Shown here: positions 13,801-27,471 of the stretch, in pieces
How positions within the stretch are numbered: position 1 is the stretch's first letter
Layout of the letters: each line of letters opens with the position of its first letter
Assembly (NCBI GenBank): GCA_036172245.1
Contig: JAYWIR010000002.1
Coordinates: forward strand, 2,170,001-2,234,000
Direction of reading: 5' to 3'
Source: Raillietiella orientalis
Taxonomy: Eukaryota
DNA: 64,000 nt
Program-made: the position numbers and the translations under genes
The notes under the pieces: generated by a model
What the model was told of the DNA's origin: nothing
Databases searched by the model: none
The model's input: only the letters and a program-made list of their open reading frames with translations

Positions 13801-16800
13801 CGACGTGAGATCGGGCATCCAGCGACTCCGGGTGTGGGAGTTCGGGAAACGGACCCCGGGTCGACTCCGCTGCTCCTCGTGGCCGTCTGGAGGACCCGCG
13901 AGCGCTTGAGCGGGTGGGGCCAAGATGAAAACGGGGGCAGGCCCGGAGGGACTGCAACGGGGATTTCCGGAAACCGCAAAAAGGGGGGGGGGGGAACTCC
14001 CCGAATCGTCCGCGTCCGTGACCCGACGCCATCACACGGCCAGAGGGGATGTCGGCGGCCTTCTTTGCCTCCTCAAAGGACGCAGGATGCGTCTGCAGTC
14101 GTAGGGAGTTCTCCGAGAGGTACAGGTCGCCACCCGGCGACCGACGCACCCTGGTGATGGGGATGCTGCGCCATTTTTTCGTTCCTCTGAGCGGGCTCTC
14201 TTCAGGTGCTCCCGCCACGTCACGCGCGCAGGGGCGGTGGAGGGAAGGGGGGAGGGGGAGGGCGTCCGCAGCGCTGGCAGTGGAGGACGAAACGATGACG
14301 TCAGCCGGGAGAATGGGCGGAGCGGGGCGAAGGGATTGATCGTCTTCCGGGAGACGACGCGACGAACCTCTTCTCCTCCTTTCCGCTCCGGCACCTCCCC
14401 TGCAAGGCCTCCGTCCCCTCCCCGGAGGCGGCACCACAGAGAGTCACCGCTCGCTTTCCTTGCAGGTGACTCTGCGCCCGCCTGATGGCAAGCGGGAGCT
14501 TCCCGAAGGAGGGAGGGGATCTGCCTGGCGCGAGAGGTGGAGTCGCTCGCGCAACCTCGAACTTTCGGATCGGAAAGGAGCCCGTGAGTGGGAAGTGGAT
14601 GGGGGTGGGGGTGCCACCGGGTTGCTCTTCTTGAGGTTGGCAGCACCACTAGCACTCTGCAGAGGAGCCGGTGGGGAAACGACACCTTGCTGATCCCTAA
14701 GGGGGAGATGGGGGTAGAGGGTGGAAGTCCCGATGCTCCATCGATCTGGAGAAGCGTGGGCTCGTCTGCCGCCGAAAGCGAACGGGGAAGACGGTGGAGG
14801 CGGCCTCCGTGACGTCACGTTACGAGGATTTCACGAGGATTTTCCGAGCGCGCGCAGGAGCTACAGGAGCTAAGCCCCCGGGGGACGGCCTCCCTGCAGG
14901 TGCCGGACGGACCTGGGGTCTCCACGGAGACGGGGAGGGGAATGCGAGAATCCGGCGCCAGGAGAGCCTCGAGAGACCCAGAGGGACCGCGCCCGCGTGG
15001 ATGGCCCCGCGTGGGCGCAGGCTCGCGACCGATGCGGCGGGGAAGCAGGGATGGCGAAGGAGTCCACAGGAGGAACCGGGGAGGGATCGATGGGCGTCCT
15101 CACCTGCTCTGACGCACCCGCCAGGAAGGACGGCGGCCCGGGACGCGCCTGCAGCCACCCCTCCCGTCCATCCAGGAGGCCTCCGACAAGGAGGACCTGC
15201 GAGCACACAACCGGAAGGGCGGCTCCCGGGTGTGGAAGAGGGTCGGTGCCTTCAGGGGGGAGGGAGGTACAAAGACCCCATCCGGGAAGGAAAGGGGGAA
15301 AGGGTCCTGGTCCGGGAGACGGGGTTGGTAGCCCGGGGCGACCCATCGCGGGACGAAAGCGACTTGCGGCAGGCCGGAGCTCTCCCGAAAGGCTCAGAGA
15401 CGACCTCCCGACGCTGGACCTGCGCATCCCGGACAGGACTACGGCAGACTGCAGCCGGCACGTCGGATGCCCTCCGATGTGAGGGTCAGCTTCGGAGGCG
15501 CGAGCAGCCTTTGCTGGGGACGAGGAGGACACCCGAACGCTCGAGGGGCGGTCGCGTCCTGGGGGACGGCGGGGCAAACCCCCGCGAGAGTCTCCCCGAC
15601 CTAGAGAGGGGGAAGGCGTGAGGAAGGCCTTCCCTCCTGCGTGGCCTCCCGGTCGCTTCTAGGAAAGCTCGGGTCCGGATGCGCGTACGCCTCTGGACCG
15701 GCTGTCGCAGCGGCAGGGTCATTTCGCGGCGCCGCTGCTCGGAACGGCTCCACGCGTCCCGTTCCCCAAGAAGGGTGCAAGGACGCTCCGGAGGCTGCAA
15801 AGGGACTGTTGGGACGGCGCCCCGGGTCCCAGGGTGTCCGCCTCTTGGGCAATGCCCCGAGGTCTCCTCACCGGCCCCGCTTGCGAGGGACAACGCCCTG
15901 AGGACGTGAAGGACGGGGAGAGGGGAAGAGGAGGGAAAGCCGTGGATGCCATTCGAAGGATTCCCCTCCTCTTCTCTCCTTGCGAAGGAATCCCCCGGGC
16001 GAGGCGGCGGAACAGAAGGGAGCCTCGAGGCGAATCGCGACAGCAGCCTCCCGTCCTCTCCCTTGCTGCCCACTCCCGCCTCGGGTCCTCCGGCGTGCGG
16101 AGCCGCTTTGCGACCCCTGCTTCTTGCCCATCGTGAGGCAGAGACCTGGGCTTCTCCTTTGCAGATCTCTGTGGGGCTCGCGGATATCCGAGGTCCTCTC
16201 GGAAGACCTGGAGACCCCCGACGCAAGGACAAATGGAGCTGCAGCTGCAGCTCGCTGTGGGCAGGAGTGACCCGCGGCCCAGTGGGATGCAAAACCCCAA
16301 GGAGTCCCAGATCCCCGGGGCTGCAGCAGGGCACGGAGGAGTGGCACCCATGCATCCTCCGACCGCCGCCACGTGAGCCCACCCTTGGAGGCTGCGGGCG
16401 GGGTCGCTGCCGGGAGCGAACGCGGGAACTCTTCCACCTCGCTGCGGACCCACTCTCGTGGCGGCGGCTGTCGGAGGCATTCGACTCCCGGGTGGAACGT
16501 ACGGGAGCGCACCCGGTGGCCTCAGCTCCTCCGGGAGAACCCGCCTCCCGAGGACACGACGAATGACCCTTGGAAGTGGGTCCGCGCATATGCAGCGCCC
16601 GCTGCCTTCCCTGAAGGAAAGAGGTCACAGCGGCCAGCCGGTGCAGGGTGAGGGGGTGGCTTCTCCCCTATCTAGACGGGCGCCTCCCGTCGGAGAGGCT
16701 CCAGCGGGGGCAGCCGAAGGGGAAGGAAAGTTTTCGCAGGGAGGAAGAGGAGGATGGAGCAGGTCGCTGGAAATCTCCCGAGAGCGTCCTTCACCCCTCC

Positions 16801-17729
16801 CCCTCCCCCTCCACCATTCGCGTTGGGGAGGGGGGAGGGTGATTACCCCCTGGCACTCACCCCGGAAATTCGTCCTGCTAACACTAGACCATCCCATTCC
16901 ACCCCCTTCTTCTTCGCTATCGAAGCGCCCAGGAGTGTTGGCAGGGCGAATTCCCGGGTGGGTGCCCGGGGGTGATCACCCTTCCCTTCCCAATATCCCC
17001 CACCCTTTCCTCGACCTTGCAATCGGGGTGGAAGTAGGCCAGAACCCTCCTGCTCGCAAGGTTCGGTAACCTCCCATCCGGCGGCTCCAGAGCGTCCCTC
17101 GAGAGCGCTGCATTTCTTCCTTCGTGCACCCCGGCTCGCCCTCCTCCCAGGGCAGGGCCTCCCCACTGCCCCAGCCCGGAGCGCCGGAGGTCCCTGGAAC
17201 TCCGGCTCGCACTGATGCGGGTGTTCTCTTTGCCGTGACCCTGGCATTCGTCCTTCCGGGGTCTTCCCTGGAGGGGCGAGGAAAGGCCCGAGGCAGGTTG
17301 CGCCGCTCTCGCGAGACAGGGCCTCCTGCGGGTGGGGGAGCAAGCCTGTCCCGGGCACCGGACGATCGCAAGGAACCACCTTTCTGTGTTCTCCGCTGCC
17401 ATCCTTTTCGGCATCTCTGGCAACCCGTCCTGATGATGGGTGGCGGCGGTTTGGGAGCGCGGCGTGCAGAGGCTGGAGGACACTTGAAGCGCGGTCCACC
17501 TCCTACGCACGCAGGTCGACTACGGGCAGGATTCCAGTGGGTGTGACTCGTGTCCTGGCAACGGGTTCAGTCGAACCACATGCATGAGGCGGCCTTCCAG
17601 GAACCGCAAAGCGCTGTTGAAGGGAAGGTGGCCTGCAATTCCCTTCCTGGAGCCATTCCTCTGTGGCCTGCGGCACGCTTGCGGGCAAACGACTGTCCCC
17701 ATCGACTGGACCTCAGGATCGGAAGCTGA

Positions 17730-17992
17730 CCCTCCGGGTCCCTTTCCGGAATTACAGAGTACCGGTTTCCTTCGGGGTTCCCCCCCTCCGGTTGTGCAAA
17801 TGGAGCCGCCGCCCCACCCACCCTTTCGGGAGGGGAATCCCTCCTTCGCGTTTCATGGAGCTGGTTGATATCTTTCTCGAGGGGTGCCTCTCCAGGAGGG
17901 CCCTGCTCCCTTCGGGTTCTCTTCGGAGGAGGAAACAGCTAGCGGCCCCTCAGGGGATCCCTTCGGGGAGTCCCCTTAGGAGACAACCAAGG
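17730..17992 (+). repeat. Dispersed minisatellite-like repeat, copy A
   Basis: It has degenerate tandem units of the form ttcgg(g)gttc(t/c)cttcgga. It shares aaatggagc, ctagcggc and the exact 16-mer ccttaggagacaacca (17974-17989) with copy B. Confidence 0.65.
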
Positions 17993-20900
17993 CGAGGGTT
18001 CACTCCCAAGCGTAAGCGGAACGGAATCCTTCCTCCCGGAACCTGGGGCCCAGGGTGCCCACTTGGGGGGCACCCCAACCGGTTCCTCTGGTGGCGCTGC
18101 CTAAAGACTCTTTTGAGCCACCATGTGGCGGCATCGTCGAGCCTCTCCGCTGTCACCACCATCCCCGAGGCGGCGGGCGGTTCTTCATCACTTCCTGGGA
18201 ACCAGGAAAGAAAGGCGGAATGACCATGGTCAGCTTCTGGGCCCAGAGTTCTCTGTCCTTCGGGATTGCCTTCAACTTCCCTTGATAGTGATGAGGAGGA
18301 GGGGAAGGGAGAAAGCACTGACCATTGGGTGGAGTATGCAGCCTGTAAAGAGAGAATCAACGGCGAGAGGGCAACAGCACCGGATGGGAAGGGAAGAGGA
18401 TGAAGAGCAAGAGGAGGAGGGTAAGGAGGAGGAGATGGTGAGAATTCCACCGCAAACGCACGGCGACCCGGATCCAGTCGTAATTTCGGCGCCAAGACTT
18501 GCCCTTTGCCTTGCAGGATGACGCATCCTTGTGCGACTGGAACAGCCCGATCCGCGCAAGCGCCCGACGTTCTTTTCGTCCGGTGGACTAAACTGCTCGG
18601 TGTGCCCCCCTCCACCTCGACGAAACTCGCAGCCCCTTCCCACCCACCCCTTCTTCCATGCGCGGACACCTCCGTGTTCCCGCTCCCGGAGGAAACGGGA
18701 CGTTCTGCTGTCTCTTCACCGGGGGGATTCCAGTGCAACCAGTGCAGATCCTCTTCCCTTATTCCTTTCCTCCTCCTTCCCGGTTTTCTGCCGCCCCCCC
18801 CCCCCCGAACTGTTCCAGGCGCGAAGCGATGGAATCGTTCCCACACCTCCTGCAGAACTGCAGTGCCCTCAAGGCCTCTCGAAGCTCGCCATCGACCCAC
18901 CCCTCACCCCGCTTGGAACTGGCAGCGGCGCTTCTCCACACAAGGCGTGCTGGAGACGGGCGCTGCCATGGCAACCATCTGTTGCAGCCGCGCCATGGTA
19001 ACAGCCCTCCACGTGTTGGGGTCACGCTCGCGGCAAAGAGAAGCCACCAGCACGTCAGCAGCTCCCATGAGGATAGCAGCAGCAAGGTGGTCTCATCTAC
19101 CGGAAGAAGTCGCCAGGTCGCTGTGACGCCACCGTCCAGAGCCGCCTTTAAAAAGGAAGGAACGTCTTAAACCAAAGTCCCCACCCTCCTGTTTTTTTTT
19201 TTATTTATCTACTGTCCCCACCCTCCATTCCCTATTTTTTGGAAGCCGGCATGTGTGCCGGTGGTCATCCCGGATGAACTTTTTGGGGGGAGGGGGGGAG
19301 ACATTTCTTGTGTGTTTTTTTTTTGAGGGGATTCTTCGTCCTCCATCTTGTGGTTTGTTTGTTTTTTTTATAGATGAACGTCCCGGCACCACCGGGGATG
19401 AACCCTTCTTCACGGCGGCGCGTGCGGCGTGTCCCGAGAGCTTTTCATCTTCCGCGACCGACGCGGTGCCGGCTGATGGAGATGAATGGTTCCCGCGCGA
19501 AGCGTTATCCGTGCAGCCTCAAAGTCACGGGAAACCGAGCTTGGTGTCTCCGCTCGCTTTCGGCTGCAGCAAGCAGACGCCCGGAAGCCGATGGCTACGT
19601 CCCACGCTCTTCCGGACCTCTCGCCACCTGTCATTCATTCGCTGGGCAAACGAAAGTGCTGCCGGACTCTCTGAGCTGCAACGAAGGAGGGGGAGGGACG
19701 TTCACAGGCCATCGGTCTCGGCAGTGGCTCACCCGCTCCGAGCATGCGGGACCTGTGTGACCTCAGCGCAACTCGACATCAGTTCAACCCTTTCGTTCCG
19801 CGCGTCCCGAGTGCGCGACCTGCGGAAGAACGGGAATTAAACCGTTCTCGCGTTTGCACTTCATTCTATTTCCGCTGGTTAAGTCTGCGCGCATTGTACA
19901 CGCGTATACAAAGCCACGCAAGTGTACAGAAATCATCTCGTGTTTGCGACCTCGCCTTGCAAAGAATGCTTTCCCAAGGATTTTTTGTGATGCCAGCGTT
20001 CAGGTTCCTCGGGAGTAAAAGACACTGCAGCCCTCGAATAGACTTCCTCGATCATTAACGGGGTCACGATGGAAACGCCACAATGGCGAAATTTCACTTC
20101 CGCGGTGTTGCCTCGGCTGCGTGTACGCACACTCACGTCAGTGTACGGCTGTGTGTGTGGCTGCAAGATACGCGGTCCATATGTGACGCGTAAGAACGAG
20201 TAGTTCAGCCCCACATATTTCAGCAGCAAGGCCACAGTATTTCCTGCAAGAGGTGCAAGAAAGAAAGCAGACGTAGGGGGGAACGACCTGCATCTAACCA
20301 AGGAGCTGTCGAGCACTACCAAACCCTGGACCACCAGCCGTTCGCGGAATGTTTCCGTCTTCCGATTTCAACTGGCAAGTCACTTCGAAGGAAACCACAA
20401 GCGGCTCCGGAAACGGAGGAACGAAATCGAAGCGGAGGGCACAAAACGACTCGTTTTCCCCCCGAAGATGAGTTCTGTATCTCACGCTCCTCCTCATATG
20501 TTTAGGAGCTTCCAGGTGATTGGGAAGATGCTCTCTTGGAGAAGTTTTTTCCCTCTTGAGGATCTTCGCGACACCGGGTACATGATGCCGCTTCGTTTCC
20601 ATGACAAGGACTCGGAGCTATCCATCAGTCCGAACGGGATCAGTTCCTCTCATCCGTCACCAATCAAGGAAGCGAAGCCTTCAAGAGGAGGAAGGAGCCA
20701 AATCTGGCACAATCGTGCTGATGGATGGGCCACAGGTCAACCTCTCCGCGAGGATGCGCTGGACCTTTGATAGCGGAACGTTCCGAGTGGAAACGAAGGC
20801 AGCTTCTTTGGGAATTTGGATGCAGTGCCCGGAGACTCTTTGGAAGATAACCAAGGGAAGAAGGAAGAAGAAATATCTGAAACACCTGCAGCATTGATGG

Positions 20901-23900
20901 AGGATCAACACTGAGAATCAACAATTAGTTCCCGTAGGCTCTCATGAAGTTCGGGAGATGCCCTTAGCTGCAACAGATGATACCTACTGCTGAACAGAAG
21001 GATGATCTTGCTGAAGTAGGGAAGCTAATAAGACTCCATCTCCGATAACGAGCTCTTCGAGGATAAAGATTTCTTTGAACCAGAAGAACCTCAGGAAGAG
21101 CGAGAGGCCGTGCAGAAGCAAGAAGTGCATCCTAAAAAAACAGTGATACTCACTGATGAAGCAAAGCAGAATCAACAGGATAAAAAGAAAACAAGAAGAA
21201 GAAAAGGAATGAGACAACCAGACTACTCGGAGCAGTTTGCCGAAGAGGGAAACTTCTTTGAAGAACTGAACAGGAGAGATGCTATGGACTGGGAGCTATT
21301 GGGGAAGGCATACGAAGATCTGGTCTGCAAGATCCGTTGCGTGTTGAGGTCTCAGCCTTTTCCAGAACGTGAAGGAAGTTAAAGAAGCTGGAAGGAGAGG
21401 TGAGTTACGTGCACAGTGTATCACGAGGGACATGGTGAACGAGGCGTGGTCAATTTCGCGTCAAGGTCAAAGGCACGTGTGAGTGCGGTGAGAGCGAGAA
21501 AAGAAACAGGCTCATAGGCGAGGAGTTGTCTAGAATCCTAGGCATGGTCTGGTTTCTGGAACTCGTGCAGGATGGCAACCTCCTCCTTGATCAAGGGATT
21601 GTGTAGTAGCCCTTGATGACGAGCCAGCGCTGCAGGAACGGAAGACAAAAAGCATGGGTTGATCGCATAAGAAAGGCACGAGCTAGGTGGCTTGGGGTTG
21701 CAGAACACGGAGATTGACGCTCGCCAAGAAAATTGATTCGGCATAAATAGGCAGTGCTGTGATGTATTATTAACGTTGTAAATGGGGGAAAACTGTACGC
21801 GTGTGTCTCTGCACTGTCATTAAAGAAATTAAAATTTAAGAGCAATGAAGCTTTTTTCTTTTCTTTAGAACCACTGTTCACATTGTGTGCCATCTCTGCA
21901 ATGCAATCCATGGAAGCTCTCAAACATAGTAGGGTTTAACACGAGGACGGCCTCCCAGGAAAGCAAATGGAGATACAGAAATCACGAGGAAACTGAAGCG
22001 CACACTTTTGAGAGAAGGAAAACGAAGCAAAGAAATGGTTGCCAAGCATATTAGGCGAAATTTCTCGCGTATTTCAATCGCTCGAACCTTTTCCATGCAT
22101 ACATTAAAGGAAATAAGCAATAGCCAGAGACTGCAAAGAGATTTGAACGACGGCAACGCGACTCAGTCCGTGCGATGGACATGCGATTAGAAACTTTCGA
22201 ACGACATGAATAGAGCAATCTTTTGTAACGAATAAAGTTTTTTTGGTTGAGTTTCAAATTTTAACGGATATTTCGAAGCGTTAAGGATAAGTTGCCATCA
22301 GTTCTATTTCATAAAGTGATCTGTAGATACGAACCTCATCCTCTGGGATAGGAACCACAAAGCTATGGAAACGAACGCCAGTGTCCATTTAGATGATTTC
22401 TTTTCTGAACATCACTTTCATGAAAATTAGTTTATGAAAATGATGTTCGAGTAGAATAGATTTCCGATCTACTAAGGAAAATTTAAATAGGAGATATGAA
22501 ATGAGACAAATGTAAAGTACGACTGACATTTTTAAAAAAAATCATATTCTGATATATACCAAAATATATTTTATTCCTTGTACACCATACTCAATGGTAT
22601 TCAAGCTCTGGCAGCCATGGATGAGACACACGTGTAAACCAGGTATTTACAATTTTATCTATTATGGATGTGGATTCAAAAACAGGGGAAAAATTAAGTT
22701 TCGGAGCCTACGCATGTTTATGCAATCAATTCAAATTATCGGAATATAACATCTGATGAGTAAACTCATTCCGAAAGTAAGCGCAAATGTAGCGATTACA
22801 AGTATAGTTCACCAAGGCAGCCAACATGAATGTGAGAAAACTGTTTATCTTCGTGAAAAGACGTGTGGCGGTCGGAAAACGTATCTGGTGCCTGGGGTGT
22901 TTATGCTTACATGGAACCATATTACCCCATCAAAACATGTAAAGCTATTAATAAGTATTAACGTGCAATCAAATTTTAATAGTGAATAGAAGAATCTGAC
23001 GAGAATAGTTGACTTGTGAGTTTATGGTTACCGGAAACAAAAACAAAAAAAAGAGATGATGTCGGTGGTAATTAGTCAAGTAGGTCAAGAGGTGAGGTTA
23101 GCAACACAGAGGAAAGCACAGTATAAAACCGGTTTGCAATTTTGCGTGAGTTTCCTTTATCTGGATTACCCTTGCCTTTCGAACCAACGAAGACCATTTC
23201 CATTCTCGTGGAAATCATTGGGAAGTACCAGGGCGCTGCATTTCTCGAAGCCGAGATTGAAATTGCAATAACGATGGCTACAGTTCACCAACATAAACAG
23301 AGTCATGACCTCGATGCAACTATCACACAAGAGAAGTTAAATAAGGTATAGTAAAAATAAAGCTCCATCAAGTCTTGGAGTCAACGGGGAATGCGAATCA
23401 TCAATAGATTTTTGAAAACTGACGTTTATCCTTGAACATGAAGAGAAGTCGCTGTTTTGGGGAAAGAATTTTCTGGTGGCGATGGGGCAACTGAAAAATT
23501 CGTGGGGCCAGTAGTACTTTAAAATAACACGAACCCATGCTAGACTAGCTTAGCTCTTCAAAGCAGAAACAGCTAACATGCCTGCTGACACAAAACAAGA
23601 ACACAATGCTCAACCAACCCACCCATTTTCGGTAGGAAATTGTCATTTTGAGAAGACTTCTCATATCGTCACCTGCATAAGAGTAAGGAATAAATCAGAT
23701 ATGACTTGTTGAAATCCTACTCTTTCAAGTGGACTTCATGAAGTGTAACTAGCACGAGTCTGCCCTTTACATATTCATCCTTATTCCCAGGTTTGGAAAT
23801 CCATGTTACGTTGCCAAAGCAATATGGCCTTAACCGCTCTCGAATGGTTTCATTTTTACGTCCGAGTTGCACTATAGAAAGAGTACTGGTGGCCTTCTCT

Positions 23901-26900
23901 AAGTTTGTCAAGCACGAGTGGGCTTAAATGAAAAGCCGAACACAGACGTATGCTCATCGTCTTGCAACTTTACGACTATCTGTCTGCCTTACAGGAAAAA
24001 AGAAAAAACGAACCATCTTCGGAAAGGAGAAAGCGGTCAGAATCTCCACCCCTGGGAGAGGCGATAGTTATCCGAGGAATTAATCTACCTGTGGAGTCTC
24101 GAAATGGTTTTCTTGGAAGTGATAGATCGAAAGCACTTTGTCTGTGTGCCATCAAATTGGTAACAGGCTGCAGACCACTGCTTGTGTGTACGACTGGTTC
24201 TTCAGGGGAAGCGCTTCTGAGCTGAGGGCTTCGCGAGCTCTCATGGAGCGCTACTGGTGAACATCGATCTTGAAATGTCAATGGCAGAGAAACATAATTT
24301 TCCATCCGTCCTGTGGAACGCTTGGGCAATCAGCACATCTTCCCATTCGATTCGAAAATATGGAATTGACAAGTTGTGGGACCTTCGCAGTATCCTCTCA
24401 AGTGATCGTCCTCCGACAGTTCTCAAGGCATAGCACAGCGCTCAAGGGAAACATTTGTTCCCCTCTGCCAGGAGATAACTGCCGTGTTTTTTTTCTCATT
24501 ATTTCAGGTACTCTATCTCGCAACACTACCAACAACTTCCCATCCAGTGGTCGTTGGGCTTTCTTCTATCAGTGCAGCATCAACCACAGTCTTTGTAGCG
24601 GCTGACCTCCAGAGTTCTTGTTTTCCTTTAATCGCCACGTTTTCATTTTAGCCGAAATCATGCAAGGAATGTGGAACAGTTTGATAATGTGGTCAGTAAC
24701 CGCAAAGACCTAAGCGGATGCCAGGGAAGTTTAAAATAATGAATTCCAAGTTCAATTTCTGCATCACTCTGCGAAATACGCCTCCTCTCTGTAATGCAAT
24801 AGGAGAATGGCATTTATCAATCAGTGGAGCTTGTGCTGGACCAAAAGGTGCAATTCTTTCAGAGATATTCCTTTTTCTTTTCTTTTTTTTTTTTTAAAAA
24901 AAAAGGAAAAAAACCTGTATACAGTAGATAGGGGTTCCTTTAGAAGATAATGCTTTGAAACTGCGGAATAAATGTCCAAATCCGTCCTTTGTTATTCTTT
25001 CGGGGAGGACGCGGGGTGAAGACATTGAAATTCAATGTCAGGCTGTTGGCTATCCAACGAACCATCACAAAACATCAACGGAAACGAACACACAGCAGAA
25101 CGTGTTAATCGAGCATAGATTGCCGCTTTAAATTGAATGAAGATTCGAAAAGAAATCCAATAAAGGATTAAATTTTAATAAACTGAAGATAAAGAAGATA
25201 ATTGGATTCTTTTTGAAGCCAAAATTTCGTCGACAATTCCAGGGTACGGCTTGCTAAAAGTGATGTTTTAAGTGTCAATAAGAATTTGCGTTTGTCCATA
25301 GAACTCCGATACGAATTTAGAAACCCAGTTGAAAAATTTTTTTACGAATTTTCATGTTCTCTGGACGAATTCTCTGATGGAACCGCATACATACATAGCG
25401 TGCGGTTTGTTTTAACTGCTGACCTCATTGTAAACGCCATTATAAGCATTAATTTATGCAAGAACATTTGCCAGCCATAAAGCTTTAAAAATATGACACT
25501 GGTCTTTGAATTAATTTTGTGACTTTTGATATTCTATAAATCAGAATTTCAAAGTTATCAAACAATGAAATTTAAGTGGAAAACAAGAAAAAAAAAAAAA
25601 GGCCAATAAACTAAATACCTATATGTTGAGTAAGGTCAATAAAGATAAAAGGAAATTCAACAGCTTTAAGAAAACTTTGTAAATTTAATGCTCATAGAAA
25701 TTACATCTGTTGATATGTGTAGTATCGATTATGGTGTTAACTAAGCCTTTTGGAAAACAGTAAACCGCAGAAAAAGGAAACTGAAAAACGGGAAAGCAGT
25801 TGGCAAGTGCAGTAAATGCATTTGAACTTGTAGAATATTTAAAATGCATAACTGCCGTCCTTTATTCCGTGGTAATAAAAAAAGGACAGTTTTGTAGAGC
25901 AAGAAAAACTTTTTGAAAAGGAAATTCGACTGATGAATTCATTCCAAATGAATGTAAATTCATTCCGAGATTATTGGATCATTTAATTCGAAAGCGATAG
26001 AAGTTCAGATGATTATTTTACATCATAAGATAGCCTTACATGTAAACGTTGATTTCGTATTGAAAAAGTTTTCTTTCCTGATGTCAAATGAAGTACGGTG
26101 AAACTTTTTAATTAATATCATATGAGGCAAAACTTGTATTATGAGTTCATTCCTTGTGCTAGTGAAATCATCCTAAAAGGTAATATGTGATTTTTTAAAA
26201 ATCTATGATGACTGAATCTATTTTAATAAAATATACATGTTTCCAGTGAAAGAATGGAGTACGACAGAAAACTCAGTGAAATAGTGTAAATACAGTTTTC
26301 AGTTATATAATGTCTATAGAATTGGAGTAATGAAATATGATTAGAAATTGAAACATTGTAATAAAATCTTACAGAATCTGAGTCTGATAAATACGTTACC
26401 ACTTTGTTTGGCGCTGCTCATTAATCGAATTCGTCTAATGAATTCGAATAGACTTATCAGAAGCAAAAGCCATTTGATTAATTTCCAATACGGATAATAC
26501 ATGAAATGATATATAAATGCTGTAAATACCTATTAGCAAATATTTTCTCTTATTTCTTTTATTAACAAATTTAGCTTCCACCGCCAAAACTTTGTGTATG
26601 CTAAATAATACACCCACAGTTGGTAGTCCGTGAAGTTGTTTTGTGGCGGTCACGTGCTTGGCAATGTTTAGCAATTTACTGCAACTAGGCTTCAATTAAG
26701 TTTGCATCTAATGTGAATTGTATCTGTGCTAATTAAATTGTATTTATGTGGAGTTTTTGATGTCTAGTTACTTGAAGGTGGATGAGCCTGTAGGAAATGA
26801 AATTTTAAGGAGCAGAGTTTAAATATTTCTAACTTACAGGAGTGAATGCATCTTCCACCAGGTGCGAGCACGGTATGGGATTTGTGACTTTTTTTTGTGG

Positions 26901-27349
26901 GTGATACTCGGGAGGTTTTGGGAAAATCCACAACTTGCTTTTGCACTGTGGCCACCAACGAAAGGTAATTTCAAGATGAAAATTCGCTGCGTAATCGGAA
27001 AACTATGGTATGGATGTCTGGCCAAGTTTCGAGCTTGTTTGCTTTGATCGGGATTCCATGGTCATGAGGATTAATTCACCGAATTAGTTATTTTACTCAT
27101 GATAGCGTAAGGAAGTTCGGAAATACATATTTTTTTTGTTTGGCCTATCAAAGTGTTAAAACTCTGCAGCATATATCCTGTGTGGAACAGAGGTGCTGAA
27201 GAACTGGAATGTTTGCTACTATAGCTGGGATTTGGTTGTTCGATGGTGCATTGCTAAGCACACATATTACCCTGAGTACATGTGTACACATGTGTATTGC
27301 TTAACATATGCACTTATGAAAACATTTATGTCAACATCCCGCTTTAAAC

Positions 27350-27471
27350 GTGTTCTGCTGTTTTCATTGAACCAAGTCATTTCTTTGTCAAATTCAGCAG
27401 CACAATATCGAGAACAAAGAACTGTCATTGGAAATGCTCTCATCAGTCAGCGGACATGTTCCATAACAAGT
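27350..27471 (+). ncRNA. Candidate box H/ACA snoRNA
   Basis: The layout is hairpin-hinge-hairpin-tail. Hairpin 1 has ctgctg/cagcag and ttga/tcaa stems, followed by an ANANNA box (ACAATA, 27402-27407). Hairpin 2 has gaaca/tgttc and ctg/cag stems around an internal pocket. ACA lies at 27466-27468, 15 nt after the upper stem. Folded by eye only. Confidence 0.3.

Noticed and set aside
12342..19170. Many long overlapping ORFs (e.g. 12342..13775, 13376..14437, 15486..16628, 17950..18900)
   Set aside because: They encode R/P/G/S/A-rich low-complexity peptides in all six frames with no recognisable domain. This is expected from stop-codon scarcity in GC-rich DNA.
20460..21900. Possible decayed LTR retrotransposon (purine-rich, gag-like peptides, PPT-like aggcgaggag|ttgt near 21520)
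   Set aside because: I found no second LTR copy, PBS, RT, RNase H or integrase motif, so it cannot be supported.
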